From a virus (lineage: Duplodnaviria > Caudoviricetes): a DNA stretch of 63,647 bases. The notes beneath the pieces were generated by a model. That model did not search any database, had not been told where the DNA came from, and saw nothing but the letters and a program-made list of their open reading frames with translations. Location: positions 1 through 63,647 of the IMG/VR virus record IMGVR_UViG_3300032080_000005, one strand, 5' to 3'. The translations under genes were made by a program, and so were the position numbers. Positions 35,679-45,900 of this stretch are shown in pieces (within the stretch, counting starts at the first letter, position 1; each line of letters begins with the position of its first letter).

Positions 35679-36979
35679 TACAACCACGCGCTTTTAGAAG
35701 TTATAACGAACCCCGCCGCCGGGGTTGCTAAAGAGGAACTCGTTAAGCGAATGGCGTTCGGGCCAGGTACGAGTTCCCACCAGTCTGATGCAGTGAACGA
35801 CAATGCGCTATATTTACTCACGCCTGCTTCATCTTTCACAGTTTTATTGAGAAAATCAATGGTCCAAAATTTACCAGCCGCAATCGTTCCAGTGAAGTTC
35901 AGTTTCTTCCCAGTCGTTATATTTTCAATTACAGGATTGACAAGTTCACCAGAAATTTTTATGCTAGGAAACGTATCTACCGTACCTTTATTTTCGATGA
36001 TCAAATCTGGAACTGAATACCAGACATACGTATCCATGTAATCAACTTTTAGCGTGCCGCCGCTGCTCCCGGCGAATACAGCCAACCGAACCCCAAACTG
36101 TGCATGTTTAACATCAGAAACCGTTAGCGTGGTTCCCCAAAGAGAGGTCGAAAACCCGTAGCTCTTAGTTACCTCAGCTTCGCCCCATTCTTCGGCGCTT
36201 TTTTTATTTTCGCCTACAGCTACACCAGCCTTCTCTAGTTTAACTTCAGTGTCTTTCGGGCCAAAGCCTCCAAAAAAATATCCCGAACGCTCGATATGCG
36301 CTTCGACGCCTAAAATCGTAGCGTTTGATGGAATACTTGAATGCGGGGTATTCACCTTAATTACATTAGTGTTTAATTCAGCAGCAACAGCATTTTCCGC
36401 GCGCGTATTATCGCTGATTTTCACATTGTTTATATTCGTCCACGGCTCGGCGCCGCCCTTGTCTTCGACCGTGGCTGGCGCAGCAATTGAACGCGCATTA
36501 CTAGCTCCATTAGATAGTTCAATCGTAGTGCCGTATATACGTGGATCAGCCGACACCATCGCAGCCTGAAAGTCCTTCACGAACCCTTTGGTTATACGTA
36601 GCGGCTGCTGGCGGCGAAGCTGAAGTTCAACTTCTTCAACTGCGCCCGTTGGTTTCCATTTAAGCGTTGCATTACCGCGCATAGCATTCGTTGCCCGCAT
36701 CAATTTTTCGATGCGTTCAGCGCGCACCGTCTCCGTGGACGCGATAATCGTCCCCTGAAGAACCACCGGCCGGCGGCCGTAGTAGAAATTGCCATGAATG
36801 CCACCGTCGTCTTCCGTGCGATCTTGCGCATCCTCACGCACATCTGGTGAATCAAGGCCAGAGCTTTCAGGACTGAGTACGCCAACGAAGTTAGGATCAG
36901 CCGAATCGTTGAACACTACGATAGTGCCGTCTGGTCCCGTGAGGGTATACTTTGCGCCCCATTCGACTCCGAGTGACAT
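35678..36979 (-). CDS. distal tail protein (Dit) with inserted beta-rich domain
   Basis: Follows TMP; N- and C-terminal Dit-like segments (ADPRIYG; N.G....P; L.PG.N.I) around a lower-GC insert. Confidence 0.8.
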   Translation of the reverse strand: MSLGVEWGAKYTLTGPDGTIVVFNDSADPNFVGVLSPESSGLDSPDVREDAQDRTEDDGGIHGNFYYGRRPVVLQGTIIASTETVRAERIEKLMRATNAMRGNATLKWKPTGAVEEVELQLRRQQPLRITKGFVKDFQAAMVSADPRIYGTTIELSNGASNARSIAAPATVEDKGGAEPWTNINNVKISDNTRAENAVAAELNTNVIKVNTPHSSIPSNATILGVEAHIERSGYFFGGFGPKDTEVKLEKAGVAVGENKKSAEEWGEAEVTKSYGFSTSLWGTTLTVSDVKHAQFGVRLAVFAGSSGGTLKVDYMDTYVWYSVPDLIIENKGTVDTFPSIKISGELVNPVIENITTGKKLNFTGTIAAGKFWTIDFLNKTVKDEAGVSKYSALSFTASDWWELVPGPNAIRLTSSSLATPAAGFVITSKSAWL

Positions 36980-39900
36980 TAGAGATTGCTCAACTCCCAC
37001 TCCTGCTGCTTCGTCCACGTCATCGGATCAGGCGGCGGCGCCGCAAAGTTGTTCACGACCTGAATGTTAGCGCCTTCAGACCCACTTGACGAACTGCCAT
37101 TCAACATCGGCGTCGCCGCCGCGAGAGCCGTCATTCCGCCAGGTGCGTACGACGGCTCTCCACCGGAAGCTCCGATAGCGGCCGCCCCAGGGCGTGCCGT
37201 AGGCGTTAACTGCCCGATGATGTTCGATGCGAACTGCTGGTAGAGCTGTTCACGCGCTTCGTTGTAGGAGGCAGTCTGCTCACCAATCGTGCCCTTGCCA
37301 CCGTTCCCGGCCGCTTCTTCACGTAGCTGTTTGAGCTGTTCCCCTTTCTCAACATCATCAGATGGCGAAGGCGTACTCAATGCAGCGTTGTATTCCCGTT
37401 CGGCAACTTCAACCATCTGTTTACGTGCCGCTTCTTCAGCGCCGGCATTGCCTTCCAGTTCGGCACGCACAAGGGCAGCTTTCGCATATTCCATTTCCGG
37501 CGTCGTTTCAGCGCCTTCGGCATAGGGAGCATCAACAACGCCAGTTTCTACATCCGTGATGTACTGAAGTTCTTCTTCGGAGCGTTCCGCGCTCACTTTC
37601 GCTTCATTCATCTTGCGAGCGCCAGTAATTTCCGAAAGCTCCTGCTTCGCTTCCGCACGAATCGCAATTAGACGAGCGCGTTCTTTTTCCTTCTTACGCT
37701 GTTCTGCCTCCATTTTGGTGATGGACTGCTCATGCGGGCGCTTCCGCTTCGCAAATGCAGCATCGGACTCATTTTTGCCCTGCTTCAGGTTGCCGAGCTT
37801 CGCTTTCTCTTTACTGATTCCCCGACCGAGATTGCGAATGGCTTTCTGAGAGAATTCACCTTTACCATCAACCAAGCCATGGATACGGCCGAGTTCTTTA
37901 TTGACCGTCGTCCGAATCTCCGGCACAAGCGTCGTGAGTTTGCGGTACTCAGCCGCCTGTTCGGAGAGCAATCCGCGGAGGCGGCCGAATTCCCACTGCT
38001 CCATACGGCCAGCGCGAATCTCGGATTCGTTGTGGTTGAAGACCTGACCGTAGACTTCTTCCTTGATACCAGCAGCCGTTTCGGCAGCGTTGTAGGCCGC
38101 GACCGGACCCCATTTTTCGACTTTCGCGATCTTATGGGGGCGGTTCTTCGGTTTCGGCGGGTGGTTCGCCAGCGTCTCCGCCGTCGATTTGCCGGTGCGC
38201 GCTGCTTTGCCGGATTTTTTGGCTTTCCCTCTCCCCTTTTTGTACGCGGGAATCAGCTCGTAACCAAACTCACCGGCCGCATCCTCCAGGTACCGTTCGT
38301 TGTCCGACTGGTAGGCCGGATTGGTCGCGATGACATACTCCGGGTGGCTCGGCGCCTGCTCGCCGACCAGCATCGTCGGCCGAGTGACGCGGAAGCTCGG
38401 GCCGGAGCGCTGCGTGACTGCCTTTTCGTTTGCGCGCTGGATTTCGCGGTCATTGATGCCGCCCGTCGCGAAATTGGAATAGTACATCGCGGCCGGGCCG
38501 CCGGAGAAGCCGCCGGACTTGCTCGTGACGACGTTGACGTGGACCGTCTTGTCCTGGAGGCCCGCCAGCGCACCCTGCACGGCGCTGATGGCGCCGAGGG
38601 CCTGCGCGTTGCTGGCCGTGATGTTGATTTTCGGCTTCGCGCGACCGGCAGCGTCCGCGTTCTGTTTAGCGGTCTTCGCCTTCGCGCTCGCGTCGTCAAT
38701 GGCGGTGATGCGCGCCTGGTACTTTTTCGATGCGACGCCCTGAATGCGGTGGTGGAAGTTACTTGCCGTCTGTCCTGACTTGTCTTCGGCTTTCAGTTCC
38801 GCTTTGTACTGCTTCGTGACGAGCCGCGTGAGGTTGGCTTTGAGACGCTGGATCGCCTGCTCGGCGTTCTCCGAGCGTGCCAGGATGTGAACAGTGCTTT
38901 TGGTTCCAGCAATACGCTGCGAGAGTGCCCCAAGGCGTTTAAGTTTCGACTGCGCCTGCGAGTCATTCGCCCCAACTTTGATGGTGGCACGAGCAGATTC
39001 GACGCGGTTGGTCTGTTTCTGGAGGCGCTGAAGTTTAGCGATGGTCTGGTCCGCACCCTGCGATTTGACTGCGACCGATTTGACCTGCCCACCGCGGCCG
39101 AGTTGCGTGAGTTTGTTGCCCAAGTCCGTGACACGCTGGACATCCTTCGGATCAACGAATTTTCCAATCTTCCGCGTGGCGGTGATGCCGATGGTGTCTG
39201 CCAATTTACGCAGACCGTTCGCAGCCTGCTGGCTAATGGGCGCTAGTCCTTTGAGCTGCCGTTCGTACGGGATCGCGGTGACGGCCTCCTGCTTCTGCGC
39301 GGCGGCAACGTCACGGGAGGCGGTCGCCAGGTCGCGTTTGGCGCGAGCCAGTTCCTTGTACTTGTCCTCGTCGGCCCACCCTTCGGAGTCCGAGCCAACT
39401 ATGCCTTTGCGCGCCCACTTCTGGTTCTTGATGGCGAGTTCGGCGGCGCGAATCTCCTCCTTGGCGGTAGCGACGCGCTGTTTGGCACCCGCGACGAGCT
39501 GGCGCTGATCCTGAATCTGCTGCCGGTTGACCGTCGCACGGCGGTAGGAGGTCGCAGTCTGGCGCGATTCCGCCGCCGCCAGGTCTTCGACAGCAGTCGT
39601 AACCTTTTCCGCAGGAGCGTTTTCCTTCTGGAGCTTAATCAGCCGGGCGCGGGCCGAGGCGGCAGCGTTGTTTGCTTTGATGCTGCGGTGTTGGGAGGCA
39701 ATGAACTGGTCAACGTGACTCGCCGATTCGGTCATCGAGGTTTTGATCTGCTGGCCTGCGGCGCGGAACTCCTCGCGAATGTCCTCCACCGTGCGACGGT
39801 CTTCCTTCAGCAAAATGCCGAGGCCAATTAGCCCAGCAGTAACGCCGACTGGAATCAGAACCGCAGGGCTCAAGGCGGCACCCAATACTCCTGCACTTCC

Positions 39901-42066
39901 AGCCAAGCCGAAGGAAGCAGCCTCAGCAGCGCCCGCGGCGCCACCAAATAACGCGATCTGTTTCGCAGCGCGCGCGGCATCGTCTCCAGCAGAAGCAACA
40001 GTCGTCATCTTCTTACCACGGCCGAACCCGCTGAACATCCCAGCGAAATCCCCGGCGCGGGCGGCTGCGGCCGCAGCAGCGGAGGCGGCAGCGAAGCCGT
40101 AGAGTGCTTTCGAGGCGGCGCTGACGCCGGAGGCGAATGCCATCGCCTTGCTTCCGACCCAGAGGCCCGCGAGGGTGATACCGAGGGCCTGGAAAATCTG
40201 CTTGATGCCGACGAGGTCGTTGGCCGTCTGCACGAAGTCGCCGATGAAGGTTGCGATCTTCAGTAGGCCGCTGGCAACCGGGGAGGTCGCGCGCGAGAAC
40301 TGAAACAGGAGCTGCGTCAGATGCCCCAGCGTGGACATGAAGTTCTTGCTCGTTTCCTCCGAGTCCTCGAAGAATTCGTTAAGGCCGCGTTTGCCCTCCG
40401 TCGTCTGCGTCCACTTGTCCCAGCGCTGGATGACGCCGTCGAGCGATTTGACGAGGTCGTTGCCCGAATCCGAGGAGGCATCGAACAGATGGACGAGGAA
40501 GGAGCCGGTGCTCTGCGACAGGTGGCCGAGGTCGCGCATCTGACCCACGAGTCCGCCCACGTCGCGCTCCAGCGCTTTGCCGCCGCCGACTGCGCTCTCC
40601 AGGTTGTCGGCCCAATCAGCGAAGCCATTGGAGAGGCCCGGCAGGAAGCTTGCGCCCGCAGCCGAGAGGCGGCCGAACATCGCGATGAGCGAGCCGAGGC
40701 CGTCCGTGAGGCCGGGGATCGACGCGCGGAAGTCGGACATGATGCTTTTGAGGACGCCCTGTGCCTCGCCGGAGCGCAGCGACTTCATCCAACCGGACCA
40801 CGCGCGCGAAGCAACCTGCGTGGTTTTCACCGATTCGCTGGCGAAGGCGGGCAGCAGCGTCTGGACCGTCTTCAGGCTTTCGCCGAAGGCATCGAAGGCG
40901 GCGGGCCGCGCGGCGGCCGTCAGCTCCTTCCAGCGGTCTTTGATGCCGCCGTAGGTCGTGAACGCCTCGCGCGCGCCCGCGCTGACGCCGTGAAGCTGGT
41001 GGTTGAGTTTTTCGGTGGCGGTGGCCGCCTCCGTGCTGCCTTTACCGTATTTCAGCTCGGCTTTGTGCAGCGCCTCCGAGGCGGCCGTGACTTCCTTGAA
41101 TTCCCCGATCATCGGGCCGACGATGAAGCCGACGCCCGCGGCGGAGAGGGCCAGGCCGGACAGCGCGCCCGCGCTGACCGTGGCGGCGCCAGCCAGGCCC
41201 TCGCCGAGGGTGCCGACCAGAGAGACGAGGCCGCCGCCCAGCTCGAAGATCAGCGGCCCGAGCAGGCCGAGGCCGACCCCCAGGCCCTTGATGGAGGTCG
41301 TGATGGGTCCGATGCGGATGGACGTGTCGCCGAGGCGGTCCAGCCAGCGACCAAGGATCGTGTTGTTCCGCTGGATCGCGGGGTCGAGGTCGGCGACCGA
41401 GCCGCCCAATTTCTCGATGCGGTGCTTGACGTAGTCGGCTTCCGTGCCGACGCGCTCCAAGGCACGGCCCTCCTTGGTCGCCACCGCGACGGAGCGCGAG
41501 GAGAAAATGCCGCGGGCAGACTTCTGGAGCGCGATCTGGCGGCCGCGAAGTTTCTCGTACTCGGCCGAGAGCTTCGCCAGCTCGGCGCGCTCTTTGATGG
41601 CACGCGTGACGGCCTTGTCGCGTTCGATAGAGAGCCGCTTCTCGGCTTTCGCCTGCTGGAGGGCGGCGCGTTCGCTGAGGCCGCGCTCTTTCGCCAGTAG
41701 CCGCTCCTGGGCGGCAGCCGCGCGCAGCTCTTTCGTGTCGATGCGAATCGTTGCACGCTGCTTGTCGAGGTCTTTGAGCTGCGCTTTCGCGGTAGCGATC
41801 TTCTCGTCAAAGTGTTTCTTGGCAAGGTCAACGGTGGCGCGCGCACGCCGCGTGTTCAGGTAGTCAAGTTCGTCCTTCGCCTCCTTTACCTTGCGGTCAA
41901 ACGCAGCGGATTTAAGGTTAAGCTGGGCCGCCGCTTTCTGGCGGCCCAGCTCATCAAAGTCACGATCAACTTTTGCCTTGAAGGCGGCCAGCTCGGCTTC
42001 GCCGGGGGCAGCGTTGACGTGAATGTCAACGTGCGCGCTTCCTACCTGCTCTCCCGGACCAGCCAT
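36979..42066 (-). CDS. tape measure protein
   Basis: About 1.7 kaa, Ala-rich helical with TM segments, after tail chaperones. Confidence 0.93.
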   Translation of the reverse strand: MAGPGEQVGSAHVDIHVNAAPGEAELAAFKAKVDRDFDELGRQKAAAQLNLKSAAFDRKVKEAKDELDYLNTRRARATVDLAKKHFDEKIATAKAQLKDLDKQRATIRIDTKELRAAAAQERLLAKERGLSERAALQQAKAEKRLSIERDKAVTRAIKERAELAKLSAEYEKLRGRQIALQKSARGIFSSRSVAVATKEGRALERVGTEADYVKHRIEKLGGSVADLDPAIQRNNTILGRWLDRLGDTSIRIGPITTSIKGLGVGLGLLGPLIFELGGGLVSLVGTLGEGLAGAATVSAGALSGLALSAAGVGFIVGPMIGEFKEVTAASEALHKAELKYGKGSTEAATATEKLNHQLHGVSAGAREAFTTYGGIKDRWKELTAAARPAAFDAFGESLKTVQTLLPAFASESVKTTQVASRAWSGWMKSLRSGEAQGVLKSIMSDFRASIPGLTDGLGSLIAMFGRLSAAGASFLPGLSNGFADWADNLESAVGGGKALERDVGGLVGQMRDLGHLSQSTGSFLVHLFDASSDSGNDLVKSLDGVIQRWDKWTQTTEGKRGLNEFFEDSEETSKNFMSTLGHLTQLLFQFSRATSPVASGLLKIATFIGDFVQTANDLVGIKQIFQALGITLAGLWVGSKAMAFASGVSAASKALYGFAAASAAAAAAARAGDFAGMFSGFGRGKKMTTVASAGDDAARAAKQIALFGGAAGAAEAASFGLAGSAGVLGAALSPAVLIPVGVTAGLIGLGILLKEDRRTVEDIREEFRAAGQQIKTSMTESASHVDQFIASQHRSIKANNAAASARARLIKLQKENAPAEKVTTAVEDLAAAESRQTATSYRRATVNRQQIQDQRQLVAGAKQRVATAKEEIRAAELAIKNQKWARKGIVGSDSEGWADEDKYKELARAKRDLATASRDVAAAQKQEAVTAIPYERQLKGLAPISQQAANGLRKLADTIGITATRKIGKFVDPKDVQRVTDLGNKLTQLGRGGQVKSVAVKSQGADQTIAKLQRLQKQTNRVESARATIKVGANDSQAQSKLKRLGALSQRIAGTKSTVHILARSENAEQAIQRLKANLTRLVTKQYKAELKAEDKSGQTASNFHHRIQGVASKKYQARITAIDDASAKAKTAKQNADAAGRAKPKINITASNAQALGAISAVQGALAGLQDKTVHVNVVTSKSGGFSGGPAAMYYSNFATGGINDREIQRANEKAVTQRSGPSFRVTRPTMLVGEQAPSHPEYVIATNPAYQSDNERYLEDAAGEFGYELIPAYKKGRGKAKKSGKAARTGKSTAETLANHPPKPKNRPHKIAKVEKWGPVAAYNAAETAAGIKEEVYGQVFNHNESEIRAGRMEQWEFGRLRGLLSEQAAEYRKLTTLVPEIRTTVNKELGRIHGLVDGKGEFSQKAIRNLGRGISKEKAKLGNLKQGKNESDAAFAKRKRPHEQSITKMEAEQRKKEKERARLIAIRAEAKQELSEITGARKMNEAKVSAERSEEELQYITDVETGVVDAPYAEGAETTPEMEYAKAALVRAELEGNAGAEEAARKQMVEVAEREYNAALSTPSPSDDVEKGEQLKQLREEAAGNGGKGTIGEQTASYNEAREQLYQQFASNIIGQLTPTARPGAAAIGASGGEPSYAPGGMTALAAATPMLNGSSSSGSEGANIQVVNNFAAPPPDPMTWTKQQEWELSNL

Positions 42067-42302
42067 TACCGACCACCCCCACCGTCGAGCAGACCGGACT
42101 CCTTCGCCCAATCTTTATGCGACTTCATCCAGTCCTGCCGCTCACGGTCTTCGTTCGCTTTCGTACGTTCGACCGCCGCCTTCGTGACCAGCGCCTCGAC
42201 CACGAGGAAATTCGTCACCTCGTCTTCGCTGAACTTAGGCAGGGGCATTCCAGACTCCTTACACGTCCAGAATATCCTCGTCGCCACCGTCGATTCCACG
42301 AA
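42066..42302 (-). CDS. tail assembly chaperone, frameshifted extension
   Basis: Overlapping +1 frame ending at TAATG with the TMP start; no clear RBS of its own. Confidence 0.65.
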   Translation of the reverse strand, partial: FVESTVATRIFWTCKESGMPLPKFSEDEVTNFLVVEALVTKAAVERTKANEDRERQDWMKSHKDWAKESGLLDGGGGR

Positions 42303-42729
42303 ACTTGCGGAAGACGGCGGAAGCCTCCAGCCCGCCAATGTGGTGCCCGGTCGCATCCATGTCGCGGCGCCGCGAGGCGAGTTCCACGAGCACTTCGAGG
42401 TCGGGGGTTGGGACGGTTGGGATAACCTCCTCTGGGGTCAGCTCCGGGGCGACGAGGGTCTGGCTGACGAGCCAAGCGTGGAAGTCGGCCAACTTCGCCA
42501 GGTTCTCCTTCTTCTGCTCGGGCGTCTTCTCCTCCGTCTCGTCAGCGCGGTTGCCGGGGATGGCGTACTGGAGCAGGTCGTTGTCCAGTTCGCCGGCCTT
42601 CGCCATCTGAGCGAGGTTGGGGATGCGAATCTCGGCGACGAACCCCGAGGGGAGCGTCACGGTGTGGACGCCTGCTTTCTTCCAGGCACTTTTGTTGCCC
42701 GGTTTAGGTGCGGTGCTGGTCTGGCTCAC
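42259..42729 (-). CDS. tail assembly chaperone
   Basis: Between major tail and TMP genes; AAGGAGG RBS. Confidence 0.8.
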   Translation of the reverse strand: MSQTSTAPKPGNKSAWKKAGVHTVTLPSGFVAEIRIPNLAQMAKAGELDNDLLQYAIPGNRADETEEKTPEQKKENLAKLADFHAWLVSQTLVAPELTPEEVIPTVPTPDLEVLVELASRRRDMDATGHHIGGLEASAVFRKFRGIDGGDEDILDV

Positions 42730-42880
42730 TTGTGTCCTCCTTGGACTGTAGTTGGTCGATGCGGTCGCGGAGTGCGGCCGACTGCTGGTTTACGAACCGC
42801 GCGTCGCGATACAGCTTCTTGGCACAAGCGGCCAGGGCTGCGGCATCGTCGCGGAGCGTGTCGAGAGTGACTGCCTCCAT
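42704..42880 (-). CDS. 58-aa leaderless protein
   Basis: TATGCT-N6-ATG; MEAVTLDTLRDDAAALAACAKK... (hand-translated). Confidence 0.55.
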   Translation of the reverse strand: MEAVTLDTLRDDAAALAACAKKLYRDARFVNQQSAALRDRIDQLQSKEDTSEPDQHRT

Positions 42881-42951
42881 TCATCTAGCATAGCAGTCAA
42901 GAGAAAGGGCGCCTCCCCAGGCGCCCCGTACTGCACGAATGTCAGGTCTAT

Positions 42952-43923
42952 TTATTTTTCGACGTTGTTTTTGACGGTGGCCTGGACGAAGCCTTCGGCA
43001 TGGCGCTGTGCAGCGCCGCGGACGGCGGCCGTGACGGGGGCGCCACCGGCATCCGGCTCCACCGGGAACTCGGTGTAGGCGGTTTTCGGGACCACCAGTT
43101 TCAGGCTGTTATCGGCGTCGTGACCGGCGAATTCGAAGGTCAGGTTTTCGGTCGTGAAGATGTCTGCGCTCTGCGTGGTGCCAGCTTCGCCGCCGTAGTG
43201 AAACTTGTTGTACTCTTTCAGGTCTTCGACGATGAAGTCGAACCCGAGGGTGACGGCCAGCGGACCCTCGACGATGTCGAAGGGGACGGAGTCGTCCGTC
43301 TGCTGGACGGTCAGGTTGTTACTGATCGTCATTTCGAACGAGCTGACGAGGCGAGTTTCCGCGCCGCCGATTTTGACGGTCGCTTTGTTGAAGTTGAGAG
43401 GCGGCAGGGTGCTCGTCGCCGGAGGCGCGAGGGCTTCTTTCCACTGTTCCGTTTTGCGGACGGCGGAGCGGCCCATGACAGAGAGTCCGACCGTGCCCGG
43501 CTGGCCGGTGCTCCAGTTGAGCGACAGCTCGTCCACTTTGCAGTCGTTGAACTGCTCGAACAGGGTGGCGCCCTGGCCCTTGCCGAGGGTGATGTACGGC
43601 AGGGAGGCCGCCGAGCTGACTTTATGGGTGAATTTTTCTGCGGCTCCTTCATGTGCTGCCGTCCCGAGGGCGTACTCCAGAAGGTGGTGAATGGATGCGG
43701 TGCGAGCGTAGGCGGAGGGCGAACCCTCCGAGCCGGTCTGCGTGACGAAGAAGTCGCCTGCGTTACGGCTGGCGTCCGTCTCGGAGAGCTGATCCGTCTG
43801 ACGCGACGGCGCGACGTTGCCGTCCGTAAAGAGGTAGGTGTCCTCCCATTTCGTCGGTTCGACCGCCTTCGCCGTCTGTTTGGCGATGACGAAAAATGCC
43901 TGGTTTCCGCGTAAACCGGCCAT
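42952..43923 (-). CDS. major tail (tube) protein
   Basis: Size, position and beta-rich tail-tube pattern; followed by hairpin GGGGCGCC/GGCGCCC. Confidence 0.85.
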   Translation of the reverse strand: MAGLRGNQAFFVIAKQTAKAVEPTKWEDTYLFTDGNVAPSRQTDQLSETDASRNAGDFFVTQTGSEGSPSAYARTASIHHLLEYALGTAAHEGAAEKFTHKVSSAASLPYITLGKGQGATLFEQFNDCKVDELSLNWSTGQPGTVGLSVMGRSAVRKTEQWKEALAPPATSTLPPLNFNKATVKIGGAETRLVSSFEMTISNNLTVQQTDDSVPFDIVEGPLAVTLGFDFIVEDLKEYNKFHYGGEAGTTQSADIFTTENLTFEFAGHDADNSLKLVVPKTAYTEFPVEPDAGGAPVTAAVRGAAQRHAEGFVQATVKNNVEK

Positions 43924-44246
43924 TACTCGGCGACCTCCACGACCGGGCTGTACGCGATCTGCTCGGCGACCTCCGGCGTGACCTCGACGATCGCGCTCTC
44001 ACTCTCAAAGACCAGCGGCTCGCTGCCGACGAGGGTGACGGTCAGGGGGTACTGCTCCACGTTGACGGAGCGCAGCGTGACCTGCGGCCGCGTGTCGGCG
44101 ATGGGAGCGTCAGAAGTCTCGTCCACGACTGGAGCGTTAGAAGTCTCGCCTGCGGCGGCCTGCTCAACAGCGGCGGCAATCTCAGCCTGCTTCGCGACCT
44201 CAGCGTCGTGCTCAGCGTCGAGGCGCGCGGTAGGAGAATCAGCCAT
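43923..44246 (-). CDS. acidic hypothetical virion-region protein
   Basis: Leaderless start (TACTAT-N7-ATG at 44246); TAATG coupling to the tail gene. Confidence 0.65.
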   Translation of the reverse strand: MADSPTARLDAEHDAEVAKQAEIAAAVEQAAAGETSNAPVVDETSDAPIADTRPQVTLRSVNVEQYPLTVTLVGSEPLVFESESAIVEVTPEVAEQIAYSPVVEVAE

Positions 44247-44284
44247 GCCCTGCATAGTAGCAGATTCGTCAATGGGCGGCCGGA

Positions 44285-44749
44285 TTAGCCGGTCGTCTCG
44301 ATCAGCGCCGGGTTCTGTGCCTTGCCGACCACCGTTACCAGCAGACGGCTGATGTTGCCGCTGGGGTCGGGCGGGTAGTCCACGCGCGAGACGGTGTAGT
44401 ACCACAGGTGTTCGTCGCCGTCCGTGGTGCCCTGGTTGCCGTCTTTGTGGCAGGCCCGGCGGATACGTTCCGCCCATTCCTCGATGGGCGTGGGGTCGAT
44501 GGTCCGGTCGGGGTCCACGACGGCCTCCCACTTGTGGAAAAGCTGGATGAAGGCGGTCGGTTCGAGAATCAGCTCGTTGCTGACGGGGACGTTGCTCGGG
44601 CCGGGGTAGACCGCGCCGATGTGTCCCTCGCGGCCTTTGGAGTCGTGGAGCTTGTCGTTGAGGAATTTGATCCCCTCCGCCGCGAACTCCGCCGTGAGGG
44701 CGGCAATCAGGCGCTCGCGGAGGCGCGTCTCTGGGGCGGTTGCGGCCAT
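44285..44749 (-). CDS. tail terminator (putative)
   Basis: Synteny and size. Confidence 0.65.
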   Translation of the reverse strand: MAATAPETRLRERLIAALTAEFAAEGIKFLNDKLHDSKGREGHIGAVYPGPSNVPVSNELILEPTAFIQLFHKWEAVVDPDRTIDPTPIEEWAERIRRACHKDGNQGTTDGDEHLWYYTVSRVDYPPDPSGNISRLLVTVVGKAQNPALIETTG

Positions 44750-45159
44750 CAGGGCATGTTACTACGGATGATGCCCATGATGCGCTGGTTGACCATCCGC
44801 AGGGCGTTTTTCATGAAGTGCGTCGCCGGGTTTCCAGGGTGGACCACCGGACCCATCACCGGCCCGAAGCCCTCCGCCTCGTTGACGAGCGTCGAGCCGA
44901 AGGTGGCGCCGATAAGGTGCGGCGCCGCGCCCTTCTCCTGCGCGAGCGCGTAGGCGGTGCCGACCATGAAGCCCGAGCCGGTCGAGCGAATCGTCCCCGC
45001 CATCAGGCCGGAGCGCTTCGGCGCGAAGGCGGCCGCGAGTACGGCGCCGACCTGGCTGGCCTCCTCCTGGCTGCGCTGGGCGCCTACGTCGAGCGCCTGC
45101 GCGAAGCGGCCGAACTCGTCACGCCACTGGACGCGCGTCTCGAAGCCGATGTTCCCCAT
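44749..45159 (-). CDS. HK97 gp10-like neck protein
   Basis: APKRSG.M..TI, YA..QE.G, V.HPG..A.HFM. Confidence 0.8.
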   Translation of the reverse strand: MGNIGFETRVQWRDEFGRFAQALDVGAQRSQEEASQVGAVLAAAFAPKRSGLMAGTIRSTGSGFMVGTAYALAQEKGAAPHLIGATFGSTLVNEAEGFGPVMGPVVHPGNPATHFMKNALRMVNQRIMGIIRSNMP

Positions 45160-45161
45160 CG

Positions 45162-45824
45162 TCAGAGCGCAATGCGCCGGTATGGGTCGAGGAGCGTGAT
45201 GACGCGCGCCGGGAGCGAGTTTTCTTCGCTGATCCGCTGGTAGACGTAGCTGAGGTTGGCGATGGCTTCCGCCTGGATGTCTCCCTGCGTGCCTTCCTTT
45301 TTGAAGAACTCGTCCACGAGCCACACAACGGCCTGCTTGACGCTCGCGGGGGAATCCCCCGGCCAGCCGAATTTGGCCGTGACCTTCGCCGTCACGGCGT
45401 CTGGGGCACCACCCTGGCCGAAGTAGGTGTCCAGGTTGCGCGTGAAGCCCATCGCGCCCATGCTGGACCCAGCGAGGCTGCCGCCCGCGGGCGTGAAGTC
45501 GATGTAGTAGTGCGTCGGACCCTCACGCGGGCCGACCCAGAAGGCGCCGGAGGGGAAGGGGACCGCGCTGCCCGCGCCGGGCACTTCGAAGCTGATGGAG
45601 GACGGTTTGCCGACGAAGTCGTCCGTCTCCAGGATCGTGGTGTGGATTTCCCAGGGGAACTCGCGCGTTTCGTCCGACTGCGCGGTGGTGAAGTCGCGGC
45701 CGGTGTACTGGAGGACGGCGTCTTCCGCCGAGAGGATGGCCGCCTCGATGGCTTCGTCGCGCTCTGCCGACGCTTCCGTGAGCTGACGCCGCGTCTTAAA
45801 TTCGTCGAGGGTCAGAATGCTCAT
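45162..45824 (-). CDS. head-tail adaptor
   Basis: LTLDEFK, YTGRDF, FGW...PASVKQA, LLDPYRR. Confidence 0.82.
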   Translation of the reverse strand: MSILTLDEFKTRRQLTEASAERDEAIEAAILSAEDAVLQYTGRDFTTAQSDETREFPWEIHTTILETDDFVGKPSSISFEVPGAGSAVPFPSGAFWVGPREGPTHYYIDFTPAGGSLAGSSMGAMGFTRNLDTYFGQGGAPDAVTAKVTAKFGWPGDSPASVKQAVVWLVDEFFKKEGTQGDIQAEAIANLSYVYQRISEENSLPARVITLLDPYRRIAL

Positions 45825-45900
45825 GAGGACAGTCTACACCCCAGAACGAAGACCGGCCGCACTAGGCGGCCGGTGTAGAGGGTGGATAGGGAAGGTTGGA

